A stretch of 64,000 nucleotides of DNA from Patescibacteria group bacterium UBA926 (GTDB lineage: Bacteria > Patescibacteriota > Doudnabacteria > UBA920), in assembly GCA_002293685.1 (NCBI GenBank), contig DBDS01000007.1, positions 40,140 through 104,139 on the forward strand. The letters are read 5' to 3'. The notes under the pieces were generated by a model, which did no database searches, was not told the DNA's origin, and saw only the letters and a program-made list of their open reading frames with translations. Positions 19,798-29,663 of the stretch are shown one piece after another. Within the stretch, counting starts at the first letter, position 1, and every line of letters begins with the position of its first letter. The position numbers were made by a program, and so were the translations under genes.

Positions 19798-19878
19798 TTA
19801 AACCAATTATTATCATTTACAAAATTAGTATGCATAAGTTTTAGATCATTTGGGGTTATAAGTTATCTACTTTAGGTC

Positions 19879-19911
19879 TAGACTTACTTTAACCCATCCG
19901 GTACTGTGTCC
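19879..19911 (+). promoter_or_regulatory. Element-specific promoter-like motif, copy 2, upstream of the recombinase
   Basis: TAGACT-17-TACTGT followed by GTCC. Confidence 0.55.
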
Positions 19912-19927
19912 CTGAAAGGAAAAAGTT

Positions 19928-21280
19928 ATGGAAAATGAAGCACTCAAAGAGGCTTTAGCTAGTACAATAGCCAGTAGGCAAATAGAGGCAATACCAGCGC
20001 AGCCAGTAAAGTATTGCCTCTACGCCAGAAAATCAACTGAGCAAGAAGAAAGACAAGTATTGTCCATAGACTCTCAGATTAAAGAGATGCTCGCCGCCGC
20101 AGAACGAGATAGCCTTAACATAGTAGAGATTAGAAAAGAAAGCCATTCTGCTAAAGATTCAGGCCAGCGACCTGTGTTCAATGGGTTGATAACAGACATC
20201 CGTGAAAAGAAGTTCAACGGTATTCTGACATGGGCACCAGATCGGTTAAGTAGAAACGCTGGCGATCTGGGTAGCTTAGTAGATTTAATGGATCAAAAGC
20301 TGCTGGAAGAAATTCGCACTAATGGCCAGCGGTTTAGTAATAACCCAAATGAAAAGTTCTTGCTAATGATTCTATGCAGTCAAGCTAAGCTTGAGAATGA
20401 CAATAAGAGCTTGAATGTAAAAAGGGGATTACGAGCAAAAGCTGAATTAGGATTGTGGGCAAACCCTGCACCAACTGGATATTTGCATGAAAAGCGGACT
20501 GACAGAAAAGGTTACATCATGCTTGACCCAAAGCGTGCGCCGATCATCAAGAAGATGTTTGAGAAAGTAGCTAATGAACAATATTCTGGCAGAAGATTAT
20601 ATGGTTGGTTAAAAGATGAGATCAAATTCACCACTAAGAATGATAAACCTCTTGCTTTAGGAAATATATACAGAATACTAAAAAACACCATGTACTATGG
20701 TGTTTTTGAATATCCTGTTAATAGCGGTAACTGGTACACGGGTAAACATACACCGATTATCACTCAAGATTTATATTTGAAAGTACAAGAACAGATTAAT
20801 ACTGAGGGCCACAATTATGCTATAAAAGAATTTGCTTTTACAAAGCTTATTACATGCGGGTTATGTGGATCAGGAATTACAGCCATGGAAAAATTGAAGA
20901 AATTGGTGGATGGGACGACGAGTAGATACATATATTACGGCTGTACCCGAAGCAGAGATATTAATTGCAAGGGTGGGTATTTACGAGAGGAAGAATTAAT
21001 AACACAGCTCTCGAAAATTATTGATGAAATGGATATTAATGAACTTGGGATTAAACATCAACTTGAGCAGGAGATTGTAAGGTATGACAGGTTTCAATAT
21101 GGGGTGCTTGGTAAGAAAAAAGAAGCGATGCCTAGTAAGATGGATAATGATGTAGATATTCGCACCTATGCTAAGTATATACTGAAGCAGGGGAGCATCG
21201 TCGAAAAACGAGAACTACTCGGATGTTTGAAAAGTAACGTGGTGCTAACTGATAAGCAAATTAGCTTAAAGAATGTCTAG
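19928..21280 (+). CDS. Large serine recombinase (resolvase + recombinase + zinc ribbon)
   Basis: YARKSTE catalytic Ser, DRLSRN, CGLCG..YYGC zinc ribbon. Confidence 0.93.
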   Translation: MENEALKEALASTIASRQIEAIPAQPVKYCLYARKSTEQEERQVLSIDSQIKEMLAAAERDSLNIVEIRKESHSAKDSGQRPVFNGLITDIREKKFNGILTWAPDRLSRNAGDLGSLVDLMDQKLLEEIRTNGQRFSNNPNEKFLLMILCSQAKLENDNKSLNVKRGLRAKAELGLWANPAPTGYLHEKRTDRKGYIMLDPKRAPIIKKMFEKVANEQYSGRRLYGWLKDEIKFTTKNDKPLALGNIYRILKNTMYYGVFEYPVNSGNWYTGKHTPIITQDLYLKVQEQINTEGHNYAIKEFAFTKLITCGLCGSGITAMEKLKKLVDGTTSRYIYYGCTRSRDINCKGGYLREEELITQLSKIIDEMDINELGIKHQLEQEIVRYDRFQYGVLGKKKEAMPSKMDNDVDIRTYAKYILKQGSIVEKRELLGCLKSNVVLTDKQISLKNV

Positions 21281-21309
21281 TGAATATTACTAACCCTGAT
21301 TTTGGAGAA

Positions 21310-21864
21310 TTAATTTTGCTCAATTCTCCTGCGTGAGAATTTAAACATTCCGTACCAGGCCGTGGGAGCTAATAGTAATACACTCAGCATTCCAGGGAAA
21401 TAACGGTAAGATTCCGAAGTAAATAACGGAAAAACAAAATGAGCAAGCTCAGTAATTCCCATAGAAGCAAAAAATGTCCACGCTATATAATAACCAAATG
21501 CGTACCCTCGTTTAATCAGGTAAGGTGCTACGAGCCACGCAACAACTGTTAAGATCAGTAGTACGATAAGCGGTATAGAACTAACTTCAGGAACTGGCAC
21601 TCCAGTAATCTTTGAAAGTTCTTCTTGAAACTTCATAACATTTTCCTCCACTCTGTGAATGATAAAAAAGAAGAATGTTAGCCAGTACCAAAATTTAATT
21701 GATTTGAAAGATACTGTATTCGGTGTGAGTAACCATAAGATATATCCGCCTAAGAAACCAGCTAGGAAAATGAGTGCTGTGACTATACCGAAAGAGATGT
21801 ATCCAATTGCAGGAACCGCTAGTGTAAATATGAGAAATAGAATGACTTGTTTTTGTTTCTTCAT
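21310..21864 (-). CDS. HXXEE-domain membrane protein
   Basis: HRVEE motif, multiple TM helices, YFPG near the C-terminus. Confidence 0.7.
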   Translation of the reverse strand: MKKQKQVILFLIFTLAVPAIGYISFGIVTALIFLAGFLGGYILWLLTPNTVSFKSIKFWYWLTFFFFIIHRVEENVMKFQEELSKITGVPVPEVSSIPLIVLLILTVVAWLVAPYLIKRGYAFGYYIAWTFFASMGITELAHFVFPLFTSESYRYFPGMLSVLLLAPTAWYGMFKFSRRRIEQN

Positions 21865-21966
21865 GACTTGTTTTGTTAACTTAATGATAGCAAACCATTG
21901 AATTTAGTTATAGATGATAAGTCGAAGAAGGTAGAGTTAACTTCAGAAAAATGGTAAAATGACAAT

Positions 21967-22347
21967 ATGCTATTTTTGAAGAATACATTAAGTATTAAAG
22001 GATATATTGCTGTAATTGCTGTAGCAATTTACGCATCTTTAAGTATTTTTGGTCTATATTTCAGTATGAGTAATGGAATTGATATTAATGTAAATGCTTG
22101 TTTTTCTCAAACTGATGCTGGCTGTGATACCGCTATCGATCATATTACCCATTGGCAAGGACTTTTTATCACTACTTCAAATGTGAATCAGATACTTTCC
22201 CTTGAATCCTTTATTGTGTTCGTTGTAATTCCGTTAAGTTTGATGGTTTTACTTATCACTGCACACAAGTTTTATAAAAAAGAACATCTTACCGTAGTAT
22301 CTAACTACTTTATCAGGCATTTGCCCGATCTGCAGCCCCAGCCATAA
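21967..22347 (+). CDS. Hypothetical membrane protein
   Basis: Two TM segments with a central C..C..H..HW motif. Confidence 0.5.
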   Translation: MLFLKNTLSIKGYIAVIAVAIYASLSIFGLYFSMSNGIDINVNACFSQTDAGCDTAIDHITHWQGLFITTSNVNQILSLESFIVFVVIPLSLMVLLITAHKFYKKEHLTVVSNYFIRHLPDLQPQP

Positions 22348-22420
22348 ATAATAACCAGACCGTTTAATAGCCTTTTTGCTATGAACGGTTTTTTGCGTTT
22401 ATTATTTAATGTAGAAAGGA

Positions 22421-22687
22421 ATGTTTATGAAATGCCCAAATGATAATAGCGATTTGCAGATGTCAGAGCGACAAGGAGTAGAGATCGATTATTGCCCAGA
22501 ATGCCGTGGAGTGTGGTTAGACAGAGGAGAGCTAGATAAAATCATTGAACGTTTAGAAAATGATTCCAGCTCCCAAAACAGCCCGCCTCAATTTTCACAG
22601 CAACAACCCCAGCACGATAATTATCGAAATGATTATAAGTACTCAAAAAAGAAGAAGACATCTTGGCTTGGAGAAATTTTTGACTAG
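22421..22687 (+). CDS. zf-TFIIB domain protein
   Basis: MKCP..GVEIDYCPECRGVWLDRGELDKIIER..KKKTSWLGEIFD. Confidence 0.88.
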   Translation: MFMKCPNDNSDLQMSERQGVEIDYCPECRGVWLDRGELDKIIERLENDSSSQNSPPQFSQQQPQHDNYRNDYKYSKKKKTSWLGEIFD

Positions 22688-22699
22688 CAAATAGAATCT

Positions 22700-23140
22700 A
22701 TGAAAAAAATATTCACTCTTGTCCAACAGAACATTCTGTACCTAGTCCTTATTCAAGCACTAGTGGCCATGCTCGGCAGCTTGTACTTTAGTAACGTAAT
22801 GAACTTGCCTCCCTGCGTTCTATGCTGGTATCAAAGAATTACCATGTATCCTCTTGTCGCTATATTGGCAGTCGGCATCCTGAAGCGGGACCGCAATGTC
22901 TTACTGTATAGCTTTCCGTTAAGTATCACAGGCCTACTGGTCTCTATTTATCATAACTTGTTGTATTACGGGGTGATCCCCGAGAGCATCGCTCCCTGTA
23001 TGCTTGGTATATCATGTACCACTAGGCAAATTGAGTGGCTCGGTTTTATCACGATTCCTCTAATGGCCTTAACCGCTTTCGTTATTATTAACACATTATT
23101 AATTATTTATTGGAGAACACATTATGAGCAAAGAAGCTAA
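22700..23140 (+). CDS. Disulfide bond formation protein DsbB/BdbC
   Basis: PCVLCWYQRITMYP, second Cys pair, GFITIP. Confidence 0.9.
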   Translation: MKKIFTLVQQNILYLVLIQALVAMLGSLYFSNVMNLPPCVLCWYQRITMYPLVAILAVGILKRDRNVLLYSFPLSITGLLVSIYHNLLYYGVIPESIAPCMLGISCTTRQIEWLGFITIPLMALTAFVIINTLLIIYWRTHYEQRS

Positions 23141-23789
23141 AATTTTAATCGGTATAGCTGTAGTTGTTATTGGCGTCGGCATCCTCTTGGCTATGCAGGA
23201 ACCTAAACCTGATCCAACCTTTGACAAGCCTGCAGACGCAGGTCAGCTGGTCCGTGAAGACAGTAATATCAAGGGTGGTAAAGATGCCAAGGTAACAGTG
23301 GTGGAATTCCTGGACTTTGAATGCGAAGCCTGTCGAGCTTCTTATCCTGTAGTAAAACAAGTGCTTGCTGAGTACGGTGACAAGGTCAAATTTGTTCAGC
23401 GCTATTTCCCGCTACCGAACCATAAAAATTCTCAGTCTGCCGCTTTAGCAGCAGCTGCTGCTGGGGAGCAAGGCAAGTTCTGGGAAATGCATGACAAACT
23501 CTTTGAAAACCAAAGTTTATGGACTTACGACAATGCCCAAAAAACTACTGAACTGCAAGCTAAGGAGATGTTTATTAGTTATGCCAAAGAGTTGGGCTTG
23601 AATATTGATCAATTTACACAATCTTTAGAAGAAAAAAAATATCTTAACATCATTCAACGAGACATAGCTGACGCAAACGAACTAGGGGTCAATTCTACTC
23701 CAACATTCTATATTAATGGCACAAAGCAAGCGGGTGGCTTATCGCTTGATAAGTTCAAGGAGAAGATTGATGCTGAGTTGAAAAAATAA
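23124..23789 (+). CDS. DsbA/BdbD family thiol-disulfide oxidoreductase
   Basis: EFLDFECEAC, FPLPNH, GVNSTPTFYING. Confidence 0.9.
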   Translation: MSKEAKILIGIAVVVIGVGILLAMQEPKPDPTFDKPADAGQLVREDSNIKGGKDAKVTVVEFLDFECEACRASYPVVKQVLAEYGDKVKFVQRYFPLPNHKNSQSAALAAAAAGEQGKFWEMHDKLFENQSLWTYDNAQKTTELQAKEMFISYAKELGLNIDQFTQSLEEKKYLNIIQRDIADANELGVNSTPTFYINGTKQAGGLSLDKFKEKIDAELKK

Positions 23790-23799
23790 AGGCAAATAT

Positions 23800-24261
23800 A
23801 TGTATAAAAAATCAATAGTCTTAGTAACAGCGTTGGTATTTGCGCTCGGTATATTCTTGTATTTTAACCTGAGGTCAGAAAATGTACCCGCACAATTATC
23901 AGACTCACATAAAAAGCCTCAGAATTCCCAATCGAATAACTCCAACTCAAATAAGGATGCAGTAGACAATGATACTGAAACAGGCGAATCACAGCCCAAG
24001 CCAGATGTATCAGAGAAGTTTACTTTAAGCGCTGGCAATATTGGTTCGAAAGATGTAAACGTCAAAGTCGGTCAGCGAGTTGAATTAATATTTGACGCTA
24101 ATTTTGAAGATGAAGTTCGACTTGATGAATATGAGGTGAAAGGAATTTATCTTTTACCATTAAGTGAACATTCGACACAGGTTGTTGCAGATAAGCCAGG
24201 GGAGTTCAGAATATATTTAGTAAAGAGGGATAAGACTATTGGCACGTTAATTGTTAAATAG
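23800..24261 (+). CDS. Membrane-anchored cupredoxin-like protein
   Basis: VKVGQRVEL..ADKPGEF..GTLIVK fold pattern; copper ligands not evident. Confidence 0.55.
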   Translation: MYKKSIVLVTALVFALGIFLYFNLRSENVPAQLSDSHKKPQNSQSNNSNSNKDAVDNDTETGESQPKPDVSEKFTLSAGNIGSKDVNVKVGQRVELIFDANFEDEVRLDEYEVKGIYLLPLSEHSTQVVADKPGEFRIYLVKRDKTIGTLIVK

Positions 24262-24270
24262 AAATTATCT

Positions 24271-24552
24271 ATGAAAAAACTTGAATTAATCGAACATCTC
24301 GCAGCCAGGCTTAGCATTACAAATTCTGAATCAGAAAGATTCGTAAATACCTTTATAAACATGATTTATGAAACTTTGCGTGGTGGTGATACGGTAAATA
24401 TTTCTGGCTTTGGACAGTTTAGTGTTTCGCATCGTGATTCGCGAATGGGTGTTCATCCACGTAACCCATCTCAAAAAATTACTATCCCAGAGCTTAATAC
24501 GCCGAAGTTTAAAGCTGGCGAAGCTTTCAAATCCGCTGTTAAGCTGAGGTAA
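24271..24552 (+). CDS. HU/IHF family DNA-binding protein
   Basis: GDTVNISGFGQF..RMGVHPRNP..PKFKAG. Confidence 0.92.
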   Translation: MKKLELIEHLAARLSITNSESERFVNTFINMIYETLRGGDTVNISGFGQFSVSHRDSRMGVHPRNPSQKITIPELNTPKFKAGEAFKSAVKLR

Positions 24553-24587
24553 GACCCTAACAATTAACTAGAATAAATTAAAAATAT

Positions 24588-25253
24588 ATGGACGATATCA
24601 ATATTCCTGGAAATGAACCTGCTTCTGATGAAACTAAGGAAAGTGCAACAAAGTTTAAATTCAAAAAACCAAGACCGTTGGTAATTGCTATTATAATTGC
24701 AGTGGTTGTCGTTGGATTGGCTTTGTACTTTGCTAAGGGTCTGTTTGTGGCTGCAGTCGTTAATGGCATGCCAATCAGTCGTTGGTCTGTAATTAAAGTA
24801 TTAGAACAACAAGGTGGCAAACAAGCTCTGCAAGGTATTATTGATGAAAAGGTTATTGAAGCCGAACTCGACAAGCAAAAGGTTTCAGTAACTCCTAAAG
24901 AGATTGATGAACAGATAAAGAAAATTGAGGAGCAAGTAACTAGTCAGGGCGGAACATTAGCAGAAGCACTGGCTCAGCAAGGTATGACAGCAGAGAAGTT
25001 GCGAGAACAAATTACTGTTCAAGAAAAGCTTAAAAAATTATTGGCAGATAAAATTGCAGTTTCTGAGACAGATGTAGATGCGTACGTTTCAGAGAGCAAG
25101 ACACCTGTTCCAGAGGGAGTCAGCCCGGAAGACTTTAGAAAACAAATCAGCGAACAATTAAAGCAGCAGAAGTTCCAGAAGGAAGCTCAAGCCTGGATTG
25201 CTGATCTGACAGGGAATGCCAAAATTAAATACTTCGTGAACTACGGAGAATAA
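24588..25253 (+). CDS. SurA N-terminal/PrsA-like foldase lacking the PPIase domain
   Basis: TM anchor, VAAVVNGMPI, helical chaperone domain, terminal AKI. Confidence 0.75.
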   Translation: MDDINIPGNEPASDETKESATKFKFKKPRPLVIAIIIAVVVVGLALYFAKGLFVAAVVNGMPISRWSVIKVLEQQGGKQALQGIIDEKVIEAELDKQKVSVTPKEIDEQIKKIEEQVTSQGGTLAEALAQQGMTAEKLREQITVQEKLKKLLADKIAVSETDVDAYVSESKTPVPEGVSPEDFRKQISEQLKQQKFQKEAQAWIADLTGNAKIKYFVNYGE

Positions 25254-25255
25254 AT

Positions 25256-25381
25256 ATGGGCAAAACAATTAACATCCTAATTGTTCTTAGTCTTCTAGCT
25301 TTAGCTCTTTTAGGTTATGCTCTTTTGAGGAACGATAGTAGTACTATCAACACCACTATTAACAAACCGATTAATAATTAA
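25256..25381 (+). CDS. Small membrane peptide (41 aa), not in the ORF track
   Basis: MGKTINILIVLSLLALALLGYALLRNDSSTINTTINKPINN fills the operon gap. Confidence 0.4.
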   Translation: MGKTINILIVLSLLALALLGYALLRNDSSTINTTINKPINN

Positions 25382-25385
25382 TCAT

Positions 25386-27251
25386 ATGAACAAAAATAAT
25401 ACAAAGTTAGCGGTTACTATAGTCTCTGGGGTGTGTATTGCGCTAGCTTTCTTATTAGAAAAATTAGGCATCTCAGAGTTGGTTGTTAATAGTTTAAATT
25501 ACCTAGCTATCGTATCAGGTGGTTACTTCGTGGCTATTGATGCTTTTCGTGGTTTGTACAAACAGCGGTTTCTAAATATTAACTTTTTAGTTACTGTTGC
25601 TGCTTTGGGCGCTATGTATATTAACCAACTTGGTGAAGCCGCATCTGTCGTATTTTTCTTTTCTCTTGCAGAAGCTTTTGAAAGATACGGAGTTGAGAGA
25701 TCAAGGAAAGCGTTAGAAACGCTAATCAAAAAGTCTCCGCAGATAGCTGTAATGCTAGACGGCTCTAAAGTTAGCGTCGATGCAGTAAAGATCAAAGATG
25801 TTATTACAGTTCGCCCTGGAGATATTATTCCTCTTGATGGTATTGTCCTTAAAGGCACTTCATCAGTTGATGAAGCAACGATTACCGGAGAGCCAATACC
25901 GAAAGATAAACGAGAAGGAGACACAGTATTCGCCAGTACTTTGAATCGTAATGGCTATTTAGAAATAGAAGTAACGAAAGAAAGCAAAGACTCCACTTTC
26001 TCTAAAATAGTTAAGCTGGTCGCACAGGCACAAAGCTCCCGTGCCCCTGCTCAAGACTTCGTAGATAAGTTTGCTAAATACTATACCCCTTCTATTGTAG
26101 TAGCAGCATTGCTGATTGTAGCCGTTCCTACTTTGTTCTTTGGAGGTGTTTTTACAGAATGGCTGTATAGAGCTTTAGTTTTACTCGTGATAGCTTGTCC
26201 GTGCTCCTTAGTTATCTCAACCCCAGTATCAATCGCTTCCGCAATAGGTGGAGCTTCTCGTAAGGGGATCCTGATTAAGGGAGGTAAATTCTTAGAAGCA
26301 TTGAGTAAGGTTAAGGCAGTGGCGTTTGATAAAACTAGAACCCTGACAATGGGAGAACCCTACATTTCCGATGTCGTTACTTTTAGCGGGTTTACCGAAG
26401 AACAAGTATTGTCTGATGCCGCTGGAGTTGAAAAATTTTCATCTCATCCACTCTCTAAAAGCATAGTGGATTTTGCTTTAGCTAAGGGCATTGATCCGCA
26501 TACTATGAGCGAGTATGAAAATATCGCAGGTAAAGGTGGTATGGCTTCCTGTTTAGTTTGTAATGATAAAGCCCACTGTGTTGGTAATCTAAAACTAATC
26601 GGTGCTAACAGCGAAACCACTAAAGAAGTTTTGGCAAAAACTGAAGAGCTGGAGCAACAAGGTAAAACAGTTGTACTGGTTAGTGAAGGTAAAAAGGTTA
26701 TGGGGCTATTGGCTATTTCAGATAAGCTTCGTCCAGAATCAAAATCAGCAATCAACGCCTTAACGGCACAAAAAGTTATTCCAGCAATGCTTACGGGAGA
26801 CAATGAACACAGTGCCGCTTTTGTAGGCAGAGAGTTGGGCATTACTAAGATCTACGCTTCACTGCTTCCTAATGACAAAGTAACAAAGATTGAACTGCTT
26901 AAAAAAGAAATGGGATCAGTGGCAATGGTTGGTGACGGAGTTAATGATGCTCCTTCTCTTGCTACGGCAAATGTTGGCATAGCTATGGGTTCTGGAGGTA
27001 GTGACGTTGCTATTGAAACAGCGGACATTGCTTTGATGAATAGTGATCTACGAAATATTCCAATAGCGATACGACTTGGTAAACGAACCGTAAGAACAAT
27101 AAGACAGAATATAACTGCTTCATTATTAGTGAAAGCTGTGTTCCTTACTGCTGCTCTATTTGGGATTACGGATTTGGAGTATGCCATCGGTGCAGATTCA
27201 ATTTTGGCAATATTAGTAATTGTTAATGGTCTACGACTGTTTTCAGTGTAG
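25386..27251 (+). CDS. Heavy-metal P1B-type ATPase (CadA/ZntA-like)
   Basis: TGE, CPC, DKTRT (variant), HP, GDGVNDAP. Confidence 0.92.
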   Translation: MNKNNTKLAVTIVSGVCIALAFLLEKLGISELVVNSLNYLAIVSGGYFVAIDAFRGLYKQRFLNINFLVTVAALGAMYINQLGEAASVVFFFSLAEAFERYGVERSRKALETLIKKSPQIAVMLDGSKVSVDAVKIKDVITVRPGDIIPLDGIVLKGTSSVDEATITGEPIPKDKREGDTVFASTLNRNGYLEIEVTKESKDSTFSKIVKLVAQAQSSRAPAQDFVDKFAKYYTPSIVVAALLIVAVPTLFFGGVFTEWLYRALVLLVIACPCSLVISTPVSIASAIGGASRKGILIKGGKFLEALSKVKAVAFDKTRTLTMGEPYISDVVTFSGFTEEQVLSDAAGVEKFSSHPLSKSIVDFALAKGIDPHTMSEYENIAGKGGMASCLVCNDKAHCVGNLKLIGANSETTKEVLAKTEELEQQGKTVVLVSEGKKVMGLLAISDKLRPESKSAINALTAQKVIPAMLTGDNEHSAAFVGRELGITKIYASLLPNDKVTKIELLKKEMGSVAMVGDGVNDAPSLATANVGIAMGSGGSDVAIETADIALMNSDLRNIPIAIRLGKRTVRTIRQNITASLLVKAVFLTAALFGITDLEYAIGADSILAILVIVNGLRLFSV

Positions 27252-27273
27252 AAATTTATTAAAGTAGATCATC

Positions 27274-28044
27274 ATGCTGAATCTTTTATATGCAGGGTTG
27301 TTAGGAATAGTTGAAGGCATTACGGAATTTTTACCAATTTCTTCCACAGCTCACTTAATTCTTACAGCTAAACTTTTAAATTTACCTCAGACTGAATATC
27401 TCAAAAGCTTTGAAATTATTATTCAGCTTGGAGCAATTTCTTCAGTGGTGGTGCTGTACTGGAAACAGCTATGGCAATGGGAAGTAATAAAGAGGTTAAT
27501 TGTCGCTTTTATTCCAACAGGAATCATTGGGCTGATTGCATATAAATTTGCTAAGCAGTACCTACTAGGAAATACTTCAGTAGTTTTGTGGACGCTATTA
27601 ATTGGCGGTATTCTTATAATTATCTTTGAGTACCTGTATAAAGAAGGAGAGAGCGGATCCCAGGAAATGGCTACTATTTCGTATAAACAATGTTTAGCGA
27701 TTGGATTATTCCAGTCAGTAGCTATTGTCCCAGGGGTATCTAGATCAGCTGCCACAGTAATTGGCGGACTACTGCTTGGGTTAAATCGCAAGACAATTGT
27801 GGAGTTTTCTTTTTTGCTTGCTGTGCCAACGATGCTCGCCGCGAGCGGCCTTGATTTAATAAAGTCTGCTGATCAATTCTCAAAGGATCAGGTTGGTTTT
27901 TTAGCTGTAGGATTTGTAGTGTCATTTGTCGTTGCATTGCTAAGCATAAAGTTTTTACTTCGATATATTAAGAACCACGATTTTAAAGCTTTTGGAATTT
28001 ACCGCATTGCTATAGCAATTCTACTATGGCTTGGGATGAAATGA
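27274..28044 (+). CDS. uppP: Undecaprenyl-diphosphatase
   Basis: GIVEGITEFLPISSTAH, PGVSRSAAT. Confidence 0.93.
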   Translation: MLNLLYAGLLGIVEGITEFLPISSTAHLILTAKLLNLPQTEYLKSFEIIIQLGAISSVVVLYWKQLWQWEVIKRLIVAFIPTGIIGLIAYKFAKQYLLGNTSVVLWTLLIGGILIIIFEYLYKEGESGSQEMATISYKQCLAIGLFQSVAIVPGVSRSAATVIGGLLLGLNRKTIVEFSFLLAVPTMLAASGLDLIKSADQFSKDQVGFLAVGFVVSFVVALLSIKFLLRYIKNHDFKAFGIYRIAIAILLWLGMK

Positions 28045-28142
28045 CATCAATTTTTAGTAAATCATCAAATTTCATATCTGTATAGTAATATTATTATTCG
28101 CGTGAAGAGCGAAACCAACATTAACACAATTAATAAAACCTC

Positions 28143-29657
28143 ATGAAACAAAAACTATTAATATATTTTAGTGCCACATTGTTAATATTTACAATGACTG
28201 TGTCATTTATTCCAAATGCTAGTGCGCAATTATCCGTTGTTCGCAATATCACTTTTCCAGTTATTGGAGGTGGTTCATATGCAAATGATTTTGGTGCACC
28301 TCGAAGTGGAGGGCGGTCTCATGAAGGTAATGATATAATGGGAAATAAAATGCAGAAGATGGTGTCTGCTGTTGATGGTGTGATAAGTGATATTACCACT
28401 TCGGAAGCCTCGTGGGGTTTCGCCATTTCCGTTACAGACAATGACGGGTATGAATATAACTATTTGCATGTGAACAATGATACTCCAGGCACTGATGACG
28501 GTAATGGTGGATTTAAAAATGCATTCCCGTCTGGGATGAAAAAAGGATTGCGTGTTAAAGCTGGACAACACATTGCTTATATGGGAGACAGCGGTAATGC
28601 CGAGGAAGTAGGTGCACAGTTACACTTTGAGATTCGTAAAGCACCTAACAATGATCCTATTAATCCGTATGAAAGTTTAAAGCAAGCGAAAGCAATATCG
28701 CAACCACTGGATGATGATAATTCTGATTCCGATTCTGACGATGAATCTTCTTCAAAGGTAACGGAATTTTTCCCATATGATATTTTTGAAGGTGGTGCAA
28801 ATATAGCCAGCGGGAATTTAGATGGAGACTCTGCTGTCGAAATAGTAACAGGCACAGCCTTTGGGGGTGGGGGTCGTACTATTATTAATATCCATGATAC
28901 CAATGGCGACTTGAAACATAAGTTTTTCGCCTATGGCGAAGTATTCCGAGGTGGCGTTGATGTCGCAGTAGCGGATGTAGATGGTGATGGTAAGCAGGAT
29001 ATTATTACTGCAGCCGGACCAGGTGGAGGGCCACATATTAAAGTGTTCAAACCCGATGGCACGTTAATTACTGAATTCTTTGCATACGGTACGAACTTCC
29101 GAGGTGGAGTGTATGTTTCTGCCGCAGATATGGATGGCGACGGCAAAGCCGAGATTGTAACTGGCCCTGGAGCAGGAGGTGGTCCCCATGTGCGTATGTT
29201 TAATGGTAACGGTGTTGTTCAAAAAGAACTGTTCGCATACGATGCTGGGTTTACAGGCGGTGTTGATGTCGCTGCATTTGGTGTAACTAATAAACAGCCA
29301 GGTGGTTTTGCTACTGCTCCAGGTTCAAGTGGCGGTCCTCATATTAAGGTCTTTGATGCATCAGCAAAACTGACCAACGAATTTATGACTTATGAAGGAA
29401 GTTTTACAAATGGCGTGCGCATTTCAGCCGGAAATTTATTACGCACAAATGGGGCAGAGATAGTTACGATTCCCGCTAACAACAGTAATCCCACGTTAAA
29501 AGTATTTAGAACCAATGGCACTTTAGAAGAAACAGAAATTGGTGGTTTTGAAAGTAATGCTGTTGGTGGTTACGATGCAGCAATAGTAGGATCAGATGTT
29601 TATACTGCTTCTCAATCTGGTCGCAAAACTTCTGTACGAAAAGTCTTAGGGTTGTAA
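28143..29657 (+). CDS. Secreted M23 peptidase with FG-GAP-like repeats
   Basis: HEGNDI..YLH..LHFEIR; repeated GGVDVAVADVDGDG..AGPGGGPH. Confidence 0.85.
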   Translation: MKQKLLIYFSATLLIFTMTVSFIPNASAQLSVVRNITFPVIGGGSYANDFGAPRSGGRSHEGNDIMGNKMQKMVSAVDGVISDITTSEASWGFAISVTDNDGYEYNYLHVNNDTPGTDDGNGGFKNAFPSGMKKGLRVKAGQHIAYMGDSGNAEEVGAQLHFEIRKAPNNDPINPYESLKQAKAISQPLDDDNSDSDSDDESSSKVTEFFPYDIFEGGANIASGNLDGDSAVEIVTGTAFGGGGRTIINIHDTNGDLKHKFFAYGEVFRGGVDVAVADVDGDGKQDIITAAGPGGGPHIKVFKPDGTLITEFFAYGTNFRGGVYVSAADMDGDGKAEIVTGPGAGGGPHVRMFNGNGVVQKELFAYDAGFTGGVDVAAFGVTNKQPGGFATAPGSSGGPHIKVFDASAKLTNEFMTYEGSFTNGVRISAGNLLRTNGAEIVTIPANNSNPTLKVFRTNGTLEETEIGGFESNAVGGYDAAIVGSDVYTASQSGRKTSVRKVLGL

Positions 29658-29663
29658 TTTGGT

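Noticed and set aside
14360-21280. Complete prophage
   Set aside because: No portal, capsid, tail, lysis or replication genes are recognisable.
28800-29450. DNA repeats in the M23/FG-GAP gene as a repeat array or DGR
   Set aside because: They are protein-level FG-GAP repeats with synonymous divergence; there is no reverse transcriptase or adenine-specific variation.
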